Positions 12,455 through 23,858 of a stretch of 64,000 nt of DNA are shown here, piece after piece. This DNA comes from Geopsychrobacteraceae bacterium. Lineage in GTDB: Bacteria; Desulfobacterota; Desulfuromonadia; Desulfuromonadales; Geopsychrobacteraceae. The position numbers were made by a program, and so were the translations under genes. The stretch covers positions 800,001-864,000 of the forward strand of contig OY759353.1 of NCBI GenBank assembly GCA_963662315.1. The letters run 5' to 3'. The notes beneath the pieces were generated by a model that saw only the letters and a program-made list of their open reading frames with translations, searched no databases and had not been told where the DNA came from. How positions within the stretch are numbered: position 1 is the stretch's first letter; each line of letters begins with the position of its first letter.

Positions 12455-14716
12455 ATGTCAATGCGTGAAGATGCCCTCAATTACCACAGTTCAGGCCGAA
12501 AAGGCAAAATCGAAGTTATCACTACCAAGCCTTGCGCGACCAGTCGTGATTTGTCCCTAGCGTATAGCCCCGGGGTTGCTGAACCCTGTCTTGAAATTGA
12601 AAAAAATCCTGATGATGCCTACAAATATACCGCAAAAGGAAATCTGGTCGCAGTAGTCTCCAACGGTACGGCTGTTCTTGGTCTTGGTAATATCGGAGCA
12701 TTGGCCGGCAAACCGGTTATGGAAGGGAAAGGCGTTTTGTTCAAGAGTTTTGCCGATATCGATGTTTTTGATATTGAAGTTGACACGCAGGATCCGGATG
12801 AGCTGATTCGTACGGTTCAGTTGTTAGAGCCAACCTTTGGCGGTATCAACTTGGAGGATATTAAAGGCCCCGAATGTTTTTATATTGAAGAGCGCCTCAA
12901 GGAATTGATGGACATTCCGGTCTTCCATGATGATCAGCATGGTACGGCAATTATTGCTGCAGCGGGAATGCTGAACGCCCTTGAGATTGTCGGCAAAAAA
13001 GTTGAAAACGTTAAGATGGTTGTCAATGGTGCCGGAGCTGCCGGAATAGCATGCGCAAACCTTGCAATCAGCATGGGTATCCAAAAAGATAATGTTATTT
13101 TATGTGATACCAAAGGTGTCATTTACAAGGGGCGTACCAATGGTATGAACGTGTATAAAGAGCGCCTAGCCGCAGATACCACAGCCAGAACCCTGGAAGA
13201 TGCAATGGTAGACGCAGATATATTCTTTGGTGTATCGGCCAAAGGCGCCTTGACCAAGGATATGTTAAAGTCTATGGCCGCTGATCCTATTGTGTTTGCT
13301 ATGGCGAACCCGGATCCTGAGATTACCCCTCCCGAAGCCAAGGCTGTGCGTAGCGATGTTATCATTGGTACTGGGCGTTCTGATTACGCAAACCAGGTGA
13401 ACAATGTTCTGTGTTTCCCCTTTCTGTTTAGGGGGGCACTGGACACCAGTGCCAGCGCCATTAACGATGCAATGAAGCTGGCTGCGGTGAAAGCTCTGGC
13501 CGAGTTGGCCAAACTTGATGTCCCTGATTCTGTACGCAAGGCCTACGGCGGGGAATTGATTCAGTTTGGTCGCGAATATATTATTCCTAAGCCGTTTGAT
13601 CCTCGTGTCCTTTTGCATGTCGCACCTGCTGTCGCACAGGCAGCTATGGATTCCGGAGTTGCAAGACGACCTATTGAAAACATGGAAAAATATTTGGAAT
13701 CTCTAGAGGCGATGCAAGGTCGCTCCAAGGAGATCATGCGTGGGCTTATCAATAAGGCCAAGGCAAACCCTAAACGTATTGTCTTCCCTGAGGGTGAAGA
13801 AGATAAGGTTCTGCGTGCTGCCCAGATTCTCTTGACCGAAAAGATCGCTTATCCGATCTTGCTTGGCAATGAGACAACGATTAAAAAACGCGCTCAAGAA
13901 ATGTTTCTTGACCTCGAGGGCATTGAAATTATCAACCCGACACAGTGTGACAAGTGCGATGATTATATTCAGACCTTGCTGGCAAAACGGCAACGTAAAG
14001 GAGTGACCCAGTCAGGTGCCCGGCGGCGTATTACAACCAATAACAATTATTTTGGGGCAATGATGGTTGCCAAAGGGGATGCGGATACCATGCTCTCAGG
14101 TATCAACCAGCATTATCCTGAGACTATCCGCCCTGCGCTCGAAGTCATAGGCAAGCAGGATAAGCTCTCTAAAGTGCATGGCATGTACATGATGGTCTTC
14201 AAGAAGAAGGTTGTGTTCTTTTCTGATGCCACTGTTGATATTGACCCGACAGCTGAAGAACTTGCTGAAACGGCCATATTGACCGCTGAGAAGGTTCGCC
14301 AGTTTGGTATTGAACCACGTGTCGCCATGTTGTCCTTTTCCAATTTTGGAAGTTCGACACATCCTTCTGCAGTGAAGGTTAAAAAAGCTACGGCACTGGT
14401 AAAACAGCAGGCTCCAAATTTAATTGTTGATGGTGAGATGCAGGCGAATGTTGCGTTGGATCCAGAATTTATGCAGACGCAGTATCCTTTCTCTGATTTA
14501 AAAGGCGACGCTAATGTCTTTATTTTTCCGGACTTACAATCTGGAAACATCAGCTATAAATTACTGAGTAAACTAGGAGGGGCTGAGGCAGTCGGGCCTA
14601 TTCTGATGGGCATGCAACACCCTGTCCATGTGCTGCAGCGTGGCGATGATGTCGTTGATATAATCAATATGGCAGCAGTTGCTGTGGTCGATGCACAGGA
14701 ATATTCCAACCGGTGA
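12455..14716 (+). CDS. maeB: NADP-dependent malic enzyme with C-terminal phosphotransacetylase-like domain
   Basis: [38 protein letters not shown]-like domain ([19 protein letters not shown]). Confidence 0.96.
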   Translation: MSMREDALNYHSSGRKGKIEVITTKPCATSRDLSLAYSPGVAEPCLEIEKNPDDAYKYTAKGNLVAVVSNGTAVLGLGNIGALAGKPVMEGKGVLFKSFADIDVFDIEVDTQDPDELIRTVQLLEPTFGGINLEDIKGPECFYIEERLKELMDIPVFHDDQHGTAIIAAAGMLNALEIVGKKVENVKMVVNGAGAAGIACANLAISMGIQKDNVILCDTKGVIYKGRTNGMNVYKERLAADTTARTLEDAMVDADIFFGVSAKGALTKDMLKSMAADPIVFAMANPDPEITPPEAKAVRSDVIIGTGRSDYANQVNNVLCFPFLFRGALDTSASAINDAMKLAAVKALAELAKLDVPDSVRKAYGGELIQFGREYIIPKPFDPRVLLHVAPAVAQAAMDSGVARRPIENMEKYLESLEAMQGRSKEIMRGLINKAKANPKRIVFPEGEEDKVLRAAQILLTEKIAYPILLGNETTIKKRAQEMFLDLEGIEIINPTQCDKCDDYIQTLLAKRQRKGVTQSGARRRITTNNNYFGAMMVAKGDADTMLSGINQHYPETIRPALEVIGKQDKLSKVHGMYMMVFKKKVVFFSDATVDIDPTAEELAETAILTAEKVRQFGIEPRVAMLSFSNFGSSTHPSAVKVKKATALVKQQAPNLIVDGEMQANVALDPEFMQTQYPFSDLKGDANVFIFPDLQSGNISYKLLSKLGGAEAVGPILMGMQHPVHVLQRGDDVVDIINMAAVAVVDAQEYSNR

Positions 14717-14743
14717 GAAAGTAATCGCCTCATTGTCGATGGG

Positions 14744-14775
14744 ACGGGAGTGTAAAATTTACACTCCCGTTTTTT
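14744..14775 (+). terminator. intrinsic terminator after maeB
   Basis: ACGGGAGTGTAA / TTACACTCCCGT stem followed by a T run. Confidence 0.85.
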
Positions 14776-14874
14776 ATGAAACTTCCATTTATGCACCGTT
14801 CTTGCTAGGATGCGGGCAAAATTCTGAGTAAAGATATCGTTAAAAACATAAGCTATAAAGAAAAGAGATAAACA

Positions 14875-16263
14875 ATGAAATATTGTAGTACTCGTGGTCA
14901 TGTTAAGGGATTAAGTTTTACCGAAACAATTATGATGGGTCTTGCTGATGATGGTGGACTTTTGCTGCCTGAGCAAATACCGTCTTTTTGTCAAAAAGAC
15001 ATGGAAAGCATGTCCAACCTACCCTATGCTGATCTCGCTTTTCAAATTATCTCCAGATTTGCCACTGACATACCGTCACAAGATCTAAAAGATATTATTG
15101 ACCGGTCGTATCAGTCATTTAATCATAAAGATATCACTCCGCTTATTAAGAGAAACGGTCTTTTTATCCTTGAACTGTTCCATGGTCCGACTCTGGCATT
15201 TAAAGATGTAGCGTTGCAGTTTCTGGGAAATCTGTTTGAGTATGTTCTCGCCAAAAATAATCAACGCATGAATATCATCGGCGCAACCAGTGGTGATACC
15301 GGCAGCGCAGCTATTTACGGAGTGCGCGGTAAAGATAATATCAATATTTTCATTCTTCATCCCAAGGGGAAGGTTTCATCTGTTCAGGAATTACAGATGA
15401 CTACCGTTCTTGATGAAAATGTATTCAACCTGGCGATTGAAGGCACTTTTGATGATGGCCAGTCAATTGTTAAAGAGATATTTGGTGATCTGAAGTTCAA
15501 GGAAGAACATGCTCTTGGTGCGGTAAACTCCATCAATTGGGCGCGTGTCCTTGCCCAGGTGGTTTATTATTTTTATGCCTGGTTTCGGGTCCAGGAGCAA
15601 ACGGGTGCTGAACGCGTTGAATTCTCAGTGCCTACCGGAAATTTTGGTGATATTTTTGCTGGTTATATCGCCAAGCAGATGGGGGTTCCGGTTAACAGGC
15701 TTATTTTAGCGACCAATGCCAACAATATCCTGAGTCGCTTTGTGACCAATGGTGATTATTCCACCGCTGAGGTTCAGCATTCCCTTTCTCCTTCTATGGA
15801 TATACAGGTTGCCAGTAATTTTGAACGGTATCTCTATTATCTTTATAACTGTGATGCCGTGAAGGTTCAGCAAGCGATGGATAGTTTCAGGCGGTCTGGC
15901 TGTTTGCATTTCAGTGTTGAGGAAATGGATCAGGTTGCTGCTGATTTCGCTTCCGCCTATATAACTGATGAGCAGACCATTGCGACTATTTCCCAATTTT
16001 ATGCTGAAACTCAATACGTTCTGGACCCTCATACGGCCGTTGGCATAGCTGTTGGTAAAAAAATTGGAACGCCCGGTATCCCTCTAGTCTGTCTGGCAAC
16101 AGCCCACCCGGCCAAATTTGGCGAGACGGTTGAAGCGGCAATTCAGCTTACACCTGAATTACCAGCAGCCTTTGCCGATCTGAAAATGAGAGAAAGGCGT
16201 GTTGCTATTCTCAAAGCTGAGACAGAAATCATAAAAAAATACGTTGCGGAAAATTCGATCTGA
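14875..16263 (+). CDS. thrC: threonine synthase
   Basis: LELFHGPTLAFKD (PLP Lys), ATSGDTG, NSINWAR, VPTGNFG, LATAHPAKF. Confidence 0.96.
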   Translation: MKYCSTRGHVKGLSFTETIMMGLADDGGLLLPEQIPSFCQKDMESMSNLPYADLAFQIISRFATDIPSQDLKDIIDRSYQSFNHKDITPLIKRNGLFILELFHGPTLAFKDVALQFLGNLFEYVLAKNNQRMNIIGATSGDTGSAAIYGVRGKDNINIFILHPKGKVSSVQELQMTTVLDENVFNLAIEGTFDDGQSIVKEIFGDLKFKEEHALGAVNSINWARVLAQVVYYFYAWFRVQEQTGAERVEFSVPTGNFGDIFAGYIAKQMGVPVNRLILATNANNILSRFVTNGDYSTAEVQHSLSPSMDIQVASNFERYLYYLYNCDAVKVQQAMDSFRRSGCLHFSVEEMDQVAADFASAYITDEQTIATISQFYAETQYVLDPHTAVGIAVGKKIGTPGIPLVCLATAHPAKFGETVEAAIQLTPELPAAFADLKMRERRVAILKAETEIIKKYVAENSI

Positions 16264-16360
16264 CAGACTGGTTTTTTATGAGTTGCCATGCTAGATTTCT
16301 TAATTAGAAGAAGCTTTTGGGTAGAATTTTAGAAACTTTTTTAAATTGTGGGAGGACGGC

Positions 16361-17182
16361 ATGGAAAACATATCGACAGACAAAATTTTAGAATTAGCCC
16401 AAAGTTATGGCCTACCATTGGTGTGGGCCTTAATTATTTTGGTCGTTGGCCGTATCGCGTCAGGAATAATTTCTAATGCGGTTGCCAAGGTAATGATCAA
16501 AAGTAAGGTTGATGAGACACTGGTCAGGTTCATGAAGAGCCTGATTTATATGGGACTCATGACTTTTGTCGTTTTGGCAGCTCTTGGCAAGCTAGGAATT
16601 GAGACAACATCCTTTGCCGCCATCATTGCCGCTGCTGGTTTGGCGATTGGCCTTTCATTGCAGGGAACTCTTGGTAACTTCGCAGCGGGTGTCATGTTGA
16701 TTCTCTTTCGTCCTTTTAAGGCGGGCGATTTTGTTGACGCTGGCGGGGTGTCTGGGGTTGTCGAGGAGGTGCAGATTTTTAGCACAAAAATGCGTTCCGG
16801 CGATAACAAAGAGATTATTGTTCCCAATGGTCAAATCGTTGGAGGAACCATCGTTAACTATTCAGCCAAGCCGACGCGACGGGTTGATCTGGTAATCGGG
16901 GTCAGTTATCAAGATGATTTAAAAAAAGTACGTTCAGTGCTTGAACAAGTGCTCAGTGAGGATGAGCGGGTATTAAAAGATCCTGCGCCAACTATTGGCG
17001 TTCTTGAATTAGCTGACAGTAGTGTTAATTTCGCCGTACGGCCGTGGGTAAATAGCGGTGACTATTGGCCTACGCTGTTTGCTTTGCAGGAAAATATTAA
17101 GTTGCGCTTTGATGCAGAAGGGATTTCCATCCCCTTCCCGCAACGTGATGTCCATATTGTAAAGGATGATCAGGTTGCATGA
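16361..17182 (+). CDS. mscS: small-conductance mechanosensitive channel
   Basis: GLAIGLSLQGTLGNFAAG, RPFKAGD, RRVDL, GISIPFPQRDVH; GGAGG SD. Confidence 0.92.
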   Translation: MENISTDKILELAQSYGLPLVWALIILVVGRIASGIISNAVAKVMIKSKVDETLVRFMKSLIYMGLMTFVVLAALGKLGIETTSFAAIIAAAGLAIGLSLQGTLGNFAAGVMLILFRPFKAGDFVDAGGVSGVVEEVQIFSTKMRSGDNKEIIVPNGQIVGGTIVNYSAKPTRRVDLVIGVSYQDDLKKVRSVLEQVLSEDERVLKDPAPTIGVLELADSSVNFAVRPWVNSGDYWPTLFALQENIKLRFDAEGISIPFPQRDVHIVKDDQVA

Positions 17183-17248
17183 CCGATCAGATCTAATAAG
17201 CTTGCCTTGCATTTGGATGAAGACCTTGATGCTTTACCTTTTTCCATT

Positions 17249-17286
17249 CAACAAAAAAGCCCCGGAACTCCGGGGCTTTTTTGTTG
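17249..17286. terminator. bidirectional intrinsic terminator (mscS / glnA)
   Basis: CAACAAAAAAGCCCCGG...CCGGGGCTTTTTTGTTG with A and T tracts on both sides. Confidence 0.9.
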
Positions 17287-17302
17287 ATACTCGGTCTCGA
17301 TA

Positions 17303-18712
17303 TTAGCAATCGAAATAGAGGGAGAACTCAAGTGGTACTGGACGCATACGAACAGTATCAACCTCAGCTTCTTTTTTATAGCTGATCCACATATCGATAA
17401 CATCTTTAGTGAAGACATCGCCTTTGAGGAGGAATTCATGGTCAGCCTCAAGGTTAGCCAGCGCATCTTCAAGAGAGCTTGCAACATTTGGAATGTCTTT
17501 AAGCTCTTCAGGAGAAAGACCGTAAATGTCTTTATCTAGGGGTTGGCCTGGATCGATTTTGTTTTCGATACCATCAAGACCTGCCATAAGCTGGGCAGCA
17601 AAGGCCAGATAACCGTTGGCAGAAGCATCAGGAGTACGGTATTCAACACGTTTGGCTTTTTCGTTGCTGGTAACAGGAATACGCAGCGAAGCAGAACGGT
17701 TACGGTTTGAGTAAGCCAGGTTGACAGGAGCTTCAAAACCAGGAACAAGACGTTTGTAGGAGTTGGTGGTTGGGTTGGTAAATGCACACAGCGCCTTAGC
17801 GTGTTTCATAATACCACCAATGTAGTACATAGCAATTTTAGAGAGACCACCATAGCCATCACCTGCGAACAGGTTTTTACCGTCTTTCCAGATTGACTGG
17901 TGGCAGTGCATACCTGAACCGTTGTCACCGAAAATTGGCTTAGGCATAAAAGTAACTGTTTTGCCATTACGGAAAGCGACATTTTTGATGATGTATTTGA
18001 ACCACTGGAGGTTATCACCCATTTTCAACAGTGAATCAAAACGCATATCGATTTCAATCTGGCCACCGGTAGCTACTTCATGGTGCCCACATTCGATGGT
18101 CAGTCCGCATTCTTGCAGAACGATCATCATTTCATTACGCAGATCGATCATGCTGTCGGTCGGAGCGCATGGAAAGTAACCCTCTTTGTTGCGAGGTTTG
18201 TAACCAAGGTTAGGGAATTCTTCACGACCGGTATTCCAGATACCTTCAACGGAATCAACACTGTAGAAAGACTCATTTTGTCCTGAAGCGAAACGAACAT
18301 CATCAAAAACAAAACACTCTGGCTCAGGACCAAAATAAGCGGTATCACCAATGCCACTTGACTTCAGGTAAGCCTCGGCTTTTTGGGCGATAAAGCGTGG
18401 GTCTCGGGTATATCCTTCGCGGGTAATCGGATCAACGATGTTACAGATAAGACTCAGTGTGGTCATTTCTGGGAAAGGGTCGATCTTTGCAGTAGCCGCA
18501 TCCGGCAGAATCAGCATATCTGAATTGTGGATTGGCTGCCAACCACGGATTGAAGAGCCATCAAAGCCGAGACCGTCTTCAAAGATGTCAGCACTGAACT
18601 CGCTGATAGGAGTGGTGAAATGTTGCCAGATGCCAACAAAATCAAGGAATTTATAGTCGACAAACTGAACATCATTTTCTTCTGCAAATTTTACTACTTC
18701 ACTTGGGCTCAT
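17303..18712 (-). CDS. glnA: glutamine synthetase type I
   Basis: [53 protein letters not shown]; start MSPSEV after AAGGAG. Confidence 0.97.
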   Translation of the reverse strand: MSPSEVVKFAEENDVQFVDYKFLDFVGIWQHFTTPISEFSADIFEDGLGFDGSSIRGWQPIHNSDMLILPDAATAKIDPFPEMTTLSLICNIVDPITREGYTRDPRFIAQKAEAYLKSSGIGDTAYFGPEPECFVFDDVRFASGQNESFYSVDSVEGIWNTGREEFPNLGYKPRNKEGYFPCAPTDSMIDLRNEMMIVLQECGLTIECGHHEVATGGQIEIDMRFDSLLKMGDNLQWFKYIIKNVAFRNGKTVTFMPKPIFGDNGSGMHCHQSIWKDGKNLFAGDGYGGLSKIAMYYIGGIMKHAKALCAFTNPTTNSYKRLVPGFEAPVNLAYSNRNRSASLRIPVTSNEKAKRVEYRTPDASANGYLAFAAQLMAGLDGIENKIDPGQPLDKDIYGLSPEELKDIPNVASSLEDALANLEADHEFLLKGDVFTKDVIDMWISYKKEAEVDTVRMRPVPLEFSLYFDC

Positions 18713-18782
18713 CGTTGATTTCTCCTTTTGATTGATGATTTCCACAGGAATGTTTCTTCTTAACGAAGAAATTGATTACGAT

Positions 18783-19133
<351 letters not shown>

Positions 19134-19179
19134 TTAAAAAATGCTACTCATGATTACAGGTTAAACAGGACGAATTATA

Positions 19180-19195
19180 AGCAAATATCCTGCCA
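19180..19195 (-). promoter_or_regulatory. sigma54 (-24/-12) promoter of glnB-glnA
   Basis: Minus strand TGGCAGGATATTTGCT = GG-N10-GC, close to TGGCAC-N5-TTGC, ~60 bp upstream of glnB. Confidence 0.8.
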
Positions 19196-19332
19196 GCTAT
19201 CAACGTTCGTTCAATAAAATAAATAGTACAAAATTTCAGACGCATAGAGGTCTGAAGAGACTAAGTCGTAACCTTCTGGTAATGTGTTAATGTTTCGGCG
19301 ACTAAAAAATGAGCAGGAATATTTTCCGGTGG

Positions 19333-20670
19333 TTACTTTTTAGACAACCCAAAAGTTTCTCTCTTCTTTAGATAGTTTATGCTTTCACAATGATAAGTCT
19401 GCGGAAACATGTCCAGTGGTTGACTGGACACTAATTCATATCCGTTATTAACTAGACATTCAAGGTCCCTGGCTAATGTCTGAGTATCACAAGATACATA
19501 TACTATATGATTTATATCAGAATTAGCAATTTTCTTTGCAATCGCATAGGCCCCATTTCTGGGTGGATCAAGAACCAGAATGTCTACAGCGCTCGTTTGC
19601 CTGATTGTGTCGATTGCTGTCTCAGCATTGTCACAGATAAAGGATGCGTTGTGGACTCCCAGTCTTTTTGCATTGGAGCAGGCCATTTTTATTGAAGAGG
19701 AAGATTCTTCAACACCAATGACACTTTTGACTTTGCGCGCCAGTGGCAGTGAAAAATTTCCCATGCCGCAATAAAGATCAACGACAGACTCATTGCCTGT
19801 TAAAGGAATCAATGTTTTGACAATAGAGACCATGCGCCGATTTTGGTCCAGATTGATCTGGGCAAAACTGCCCGCCTGGTACGCTAATCTTAACTCAGGA
19901 TTATCAATAGCAATATGCAGATTTCCATCACCAGCAATAATATCGCGCTGTTTTTTATTCCCCATTTGCAGAATGACATCAGAGTGGTTGGATAGTACTT
20001 TGATCCGGTCAGCCAGACCAGATTTGTCGTTACCCAGATAATGAACAGTGATTGCGATTTTGCCATCACTGTCAGTTGCAAGATCTATCTGCGGAATGTG
20101 ATCGGCATGTTTGCTGCCGGAAATCAGTTGGCGCAATGCCTTAAGAGTGTGATTCATCTCCGAAGAGATAAGTGGACAGGTCTCAACACTTACGACATAG
20201 CGTGACTTAGGGCGATAAAATCCGGTGATGAATCCGTCCCTGGTGTTATAACACTTAATCTGTACGCGACTACGGTAACCAAATTCTTTTGGAGCCACAA
20301 TAATTGGAAGTATTGTGTTTTCGGATACTCTGCATTTACGGATTAGCGAATCGCGAAAAAGAGAATTTTTCCATTGAGCCTGTATGTGGTATGGAAGATG
20401 CTGCCACTGACAACCACCACACTCATCGGCTACCGGGCACAATGGTTCTCTTCGATCGCACGACGGCAAAACGATTTCAACCAGTTGAGCCTCAGCGTAA
20501 TTTTTTTTGGAATGTGTAATACGAAAGCGCACCACATCCCCTACCGCTACCTTTGGGATAAAAACTACCTGTCCATTGTAGCGGATGAGGCCATTGCCAC
20601 CATTAACCAAACTTTCAACGGTTAATGGTGGAGAGACATCAAAATCTGCTGGGGTAATTGCTTTGCTCAA
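19333..20670 (-). CDS. rlmD: 23S rRNA (uracil-C5)-methyltransferase, RlmD/RumA family with TRAM domain
   Basis: CPVADECGGCQWQH Fe-S motif, DLYCGMGNF, LDPPR, YVSC, DMFPQTYHCE. Confidence 0.9.
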   Translation of the reverse strand: MSKAITPADFDVSPPLTVESLVNGGNGLIRYNGQVVFIPKVAVGDVVRFRITHSKKNYAEAQLVEIVLPSCDRREPLCPVADECGGCQWQHLPYHIQAQWKNSLFRDSLIRKCRVSENTILPIIVAPKEFGYRSRVQIKCYNTRDGFITGFYRPKSRYVVSVETCPLISSEMNHTLKALRQLISGSKHADHIPQIDLATDSDGKIAITVHYLGNDKSGLADRIKVLSNHSDVILQMGNKKQRDIIAGDGNLHIAIDNPELRLAYQAGSFAQINLDQNRRMVSIVKTLIPLTGNESVVDLYCGMGNFSLPLARKVKSVIGVEESSSSIKMACSNAKRLGVHNASFICDNAETAIDTIRQTSAVDILVLDPPRNGAYAIAKKIANSDINHIVYVSCDTQTLARDLECLVNNGYELVSSQPLDMFPQTYHCESINYLKKRETFGLSKK

Positions 20671-20672
20671 TA

Positions 20673-21941
20673 TCAGCCCTGCTTCGGAGTGAAAGTGTCG
20701 GCTTCGAAACTTAACGTAGCAAAATAATCCTTAATGTCCTCTGCCCTTCTGATGAGCTCAACGGTTCCGTCAGCTTTAAGCATCAGTTCTTTGGGGCGCA
20801 GACGGGCATTATACTGGAAACCCATAGCATGACCGTGAGCTCCGGTGTCGTGAATCACTAAAATATCACCGTCGTTGATCTCCGGAAGTTCACGTTGAAT
20901 AGCAAATTTGTCATTATTTTCACAAAGAGATCCGGATACATCATATACCTTGTCCTTTGGAGCATTTTCTTTGCCAATGACATCAATGTGGTGGTAAGAA
21001 CCATAAAGAGCAGGACGCATAAGCGATGACATGCAGGCATCAACGCCAACGTAGTCACGATAAATATTCTTGTGGTTAATAGCAGTTGTGACAAGGCAAC
21101 CATGCGGACCTGTCATATAGCGGCCACTCTCCATGTACATGCGTGGGGCATAGCCGTGTGTGGTTTTAAATTCGTTAAACAGCGTGGTAATTTCTTTGGC
21201 CATCTGTGGAATGTTCAGTGCTTCTTGGGCAGGCTTGTATGGAATACCAAAACCACCACCGATATTGACAAATTCCAGCTGGATGCCAAGCTCTTTTTCA
21301 ATAGATTCAGCCAGCGACAGTACCATACGAGCGGTCTCTACCATATAAGTGTAATCAAGCTCATTCGATGCAACCATTGTATGCAGACCAAAACGCTTTG
21401 CCCCTTTAGCCTGGGCTAGGCGGTAAGCTTCAACAAGCTGTTCATGAGTCACACCATATTTAGCTTCTACAGGATTGCCTATGATAATATTCCCCGTCCG
21501 CCGTGGACCCGGATTATATCTAAAGCAGATCAGTTCAGGAAACTCTGGAACTTTATCGATCAGGGAAATGTCATCTAGATTAAGAACGCAACCCCCTTCA
21601 GCTATCGCAGCGTTAAATTCTTCGGTCGTGGTGTTGTTGGAGGTGAACATAATATCTTCACCACGCCCACCAGCGTTACGGCTCAAAACGAGTTCTGCAA
21701 TGGAACTACAATCATAACCGAAACCCATTTCCTGCATCAGGTTGAGAATCTGGGGATTGGGCAGAGCTTTAACTGCATAATACTCACGAAAGCCGTCAAT
21801 GCCGGAAAATGCGTTTTTAAGATATTCACCGGTTTCTCTTATGCCGACTTCGTCGTAAATATGAAAGGGAGTGCCGTAATGTTCGGCAATTTCGGCGACT
21901 ACAGGGAATAATCTGTCTTTAAAATCTTGAGACATTGGCAT
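20673..21941 (-). CDS. lysA: diaminopimelate decarboxylase
   Basis: YAVKALPN (PLP Lys), NIGGGFG, ESGRY, GSLCENND, GAHG. Confidence 0.9.
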   Translation of the reverse strand: MPMSQDFKDRLFPVVAEIAEHYGTPFHIYDEVGIRETGEYLKNAFSGIDGFREYYAVKALPNPQILNLMQEMGFGYDCSSIAELVLSRNAGGRGEDIMFTSNNTTTEEFNAAIAEGGCVLNLDDISLIDKVPEFPELICFRYNPGPRRTGNIIIGNPVEAKYGVTHEQLVEAYRLAQAKGAKRFGLHTMVASNELDYTYMVETARMVLSLAESIEKELGIQLEFVNIGGGFGIPYKPAQEALNIPQMAKEITTLFNEFKTTHGYAPRMYMESGRYMTGPHGCLVTTAINHKNIYRDYVGVDACMSSLMRPALYGSYHHIDVIGKENAPKDKVYDVSGSLCENNDKFAIQRELPEINDGDILVIHDTGAHGHAMGFQYNARLRPKELMLKADGTVELIRRAEDIKDYFATLSFEADTFTPKQG

Positions 21942-21952
21942 AAGAGAACTCC

Positions 21953-22414
21953 TTAACTTTCTATACTGTTTAAATTAATTTTTCTTGATTCTTTGAATGT
22001 GTTTAAAACGACTTGGGTCCTGGTACTTGCGACTCCAGGTAATAGGCTTATCTCATGACAAACGATACGCCCCAACTCTTGATTGTTTGAAATCCTCAAT
22101 TTTAATAGTATGCAATCTTCCCCGCTGACATAGTGAATATCTTGAATACAGGGAATAGCCATAAGTGCGGTTATGGTCTCATTAAAATCAGGAAATATCC
22201 CTCGCACTTCAACAAATGCTGTGAGCCCTTGCTTGAATGCCTCAGGATTCAATCTGACTTCATATCCTTCAATAATCTGACGTTCTTCCAGTTTGCGAAT
22301 CCGCTCCAATACAGCAGACGGAGCCATACCTACCTGTCTTGCCACTTCCGCATTGGGAATTCTAGCTTTTTCCTGAAGGATTGTCAGAATTTTATAGTCT
22401 ATCTCGTCGATCAT
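21953..22414 (-). CDS. Lrp/AsnC family transcriptional regulator
   Basis: DEIDYKILTILQEKARIPNAEVARQVGMAPSAVLERIRKLE HTH plus RAM domain. Confidence 0.92.
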   Translation of the reverse strand: MIDEIDYKILTILQEKARIPNAEVARQVGMAPSAVLERIRKLEERQIIEGYEVRLNPEAFKQGLTAFVEVRGIFPDFNETITALMAIPCIQDIHYVSGEDCILLKLRISNNQELGRIVCHEISLLPGVASTRTQVVLNTFKESRKINLNSIES

Positions 22415-22476
22415 TCTATTATTTCCCCTATTAATAGAATATCGTTCATTCTCTAAAGAAAGTCAATATGGTCTAA

Positions 22477-23463
22477 TCAAGGCAAAACTCCAAGTACTTT
22501 GGAGATCAGGTAGCCTGAATACACTAGATAAATCGTAACAAGCAGACCGCCCTCAATTCTGGAGATCTGGCGATGTTTACGCAAACCAATACAGGCAATA
22601 AAAAGCCCTATGGTCAACATTGCCATAATTAAGCTGTCACGGTACAGAACTTCATGGTCAACATTTAACGGATGTATGACGCCGGCGATACCGACGACAG
22701 CAAGAGTGTTAAATAAGTTCGACCCGAGGACATTCCCAAGCGCCAGATCATGCTCCCCTTTTCTGGTAGCAACTATGGAGGAGGCCAGTTCCGGTAAAGA
22801 AGTCCCGATGGCAACAATAGTCAAACCAATAATGAGATCACTGACACCATAGGTATGAGCAATGGTTACTGCGGCCCAAACAAGGGCACGGGAGCTGAGA
22901 ATGAGAAGAAGCATCCCTACCAGCAGCCAACTAATGGATGCTTTTAAGGGCATGACGTTCATTTCGAGTTTAACATCAAGATCCACCTCTAAACTGTCAT
23001 TACGGGCTCGTAACCCCATAAAGATCCACCAGCCCATAATCAGGCTGAATACACCCAGTAAAACCAATGCATCGAGGCGGCTGAGATAAAAATCAAATAG
23101 TTGCCCAATACCCAGAAACGTTACAACCAACAAAATGGGCAGTTCTTTACGTAGAATCCCTGACTTAACTGAAATGGGGTTAATGATGGCGGTGACGCCA
23201 AGGATAAGAGCAATATTTGAAATGTTGGAACCATAAGCATTTCCCAAGGCCAGCCCAGAGTTCCCTTGTAGGGCAGATATGGCAGACACGATCATCTCGG
23301 GAGCAGATGTTCCAAAGCCGATAATAACCATTCCAATCAAGAGTGATGGCATGCCGGCATGATGAGCTGTTGCCGCAGCGCCTTCGACAAATTTATCAGC
23401 ACTCCAAATGAGAACAGCCATTCCGAGAATAAGTACAAGCAAGGGGACTGCAAGAGAAGACAT
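22477..23463 (-). CDS. calcium/sodium antiporter (YrbG, CaCA family)
   Basis: Two alpha repeats: GFGTSAPE...GSNISN and AIGTSLPE...GSNLFN. Confidence 0.92.
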   Translation of the reverse strand: MSSLAVPLLVLILGMAVLIWSADKFVEGAAATAHHAGMPSLLIGMVIIGFGTSAPEMIVSAISALQGNSGLALGNAYGSNISNIALILGVTAIINPISVKSGILRKELPILLVVTFLGIGQLFDFYLSRLDALVLLGVFSLIMGWWIFMGLRARNDSLEVDLDVKLEMNVMPLKASISWLLVGMLLLILSSRALVWAAVTIAHTYGVSDLIIGLTIVAIGTSLPELASSIVATRKGEHDLALGNVLGSNLFNTLAVVGIAGVIHPLNVDHEVLYRDSLIMAMLTIGLFIACIGLRKHRQISRIEGGLLVTIYLVYSGYLISKVLGVLP

Positions 23464-23520
23464 AGCTGAATATCCAGATAATAAATTAGAAAACAATAAA
23501 CGAGCAGGTAGTCATAGCTT

Positions 23521-23626
23521 AAAGCAAGTGACGACTCAAATGAAATCGCCAAGACACCAGTGCATTTTGCCTGAGAGTGGCAGGCAGATGCAATGACAAC
23601 CGAAAAAATTTACCCTCCCCTGCTTT
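23521..23626 (-). promoter_or_regulatory. structured 5' leader, degenerate yybP-ykoY-like candidate
   Basis: Multi-stem fold closed by AAAGCAGG/CTTGCTTT, with GGGGAG and TTGTCAT elements, upstream of a CaCA antiporter. Confidence 0.3.
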
Positions 23627-23781
23627 TTATTTGGCTGTTATTGAGATATAATCAATTTATAGAAGAAAGGAGGAATGCCTATCGAAGACGACGAAATAGC
23701 AGTTCTACATAGCGTTCCACCCAATCCGGTAGCTTTAAGTTTCCGGAAGATCCTGTGAGTAAGGATATTTTATTCAATAAT

Positions 23782-23848
23782 GAAGGCCCGTTTTTAAAAA
23801 GCGGGCCTTTCACTTTAAACCCACTTTATTAATTCTTTAAGTGGGTTT
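23782..23848. terminator. two tandem hairpins downstream of the sirtuin gene and a small + strand ORF
   Basis: AAGGCCCG/CGGGCCTT (23783-23809) and AAACCCACTT/AAGTGGGTTT (23817-23848). Confidence 0.7.
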
Positions 23849-23858
23849 TATATGCCAA

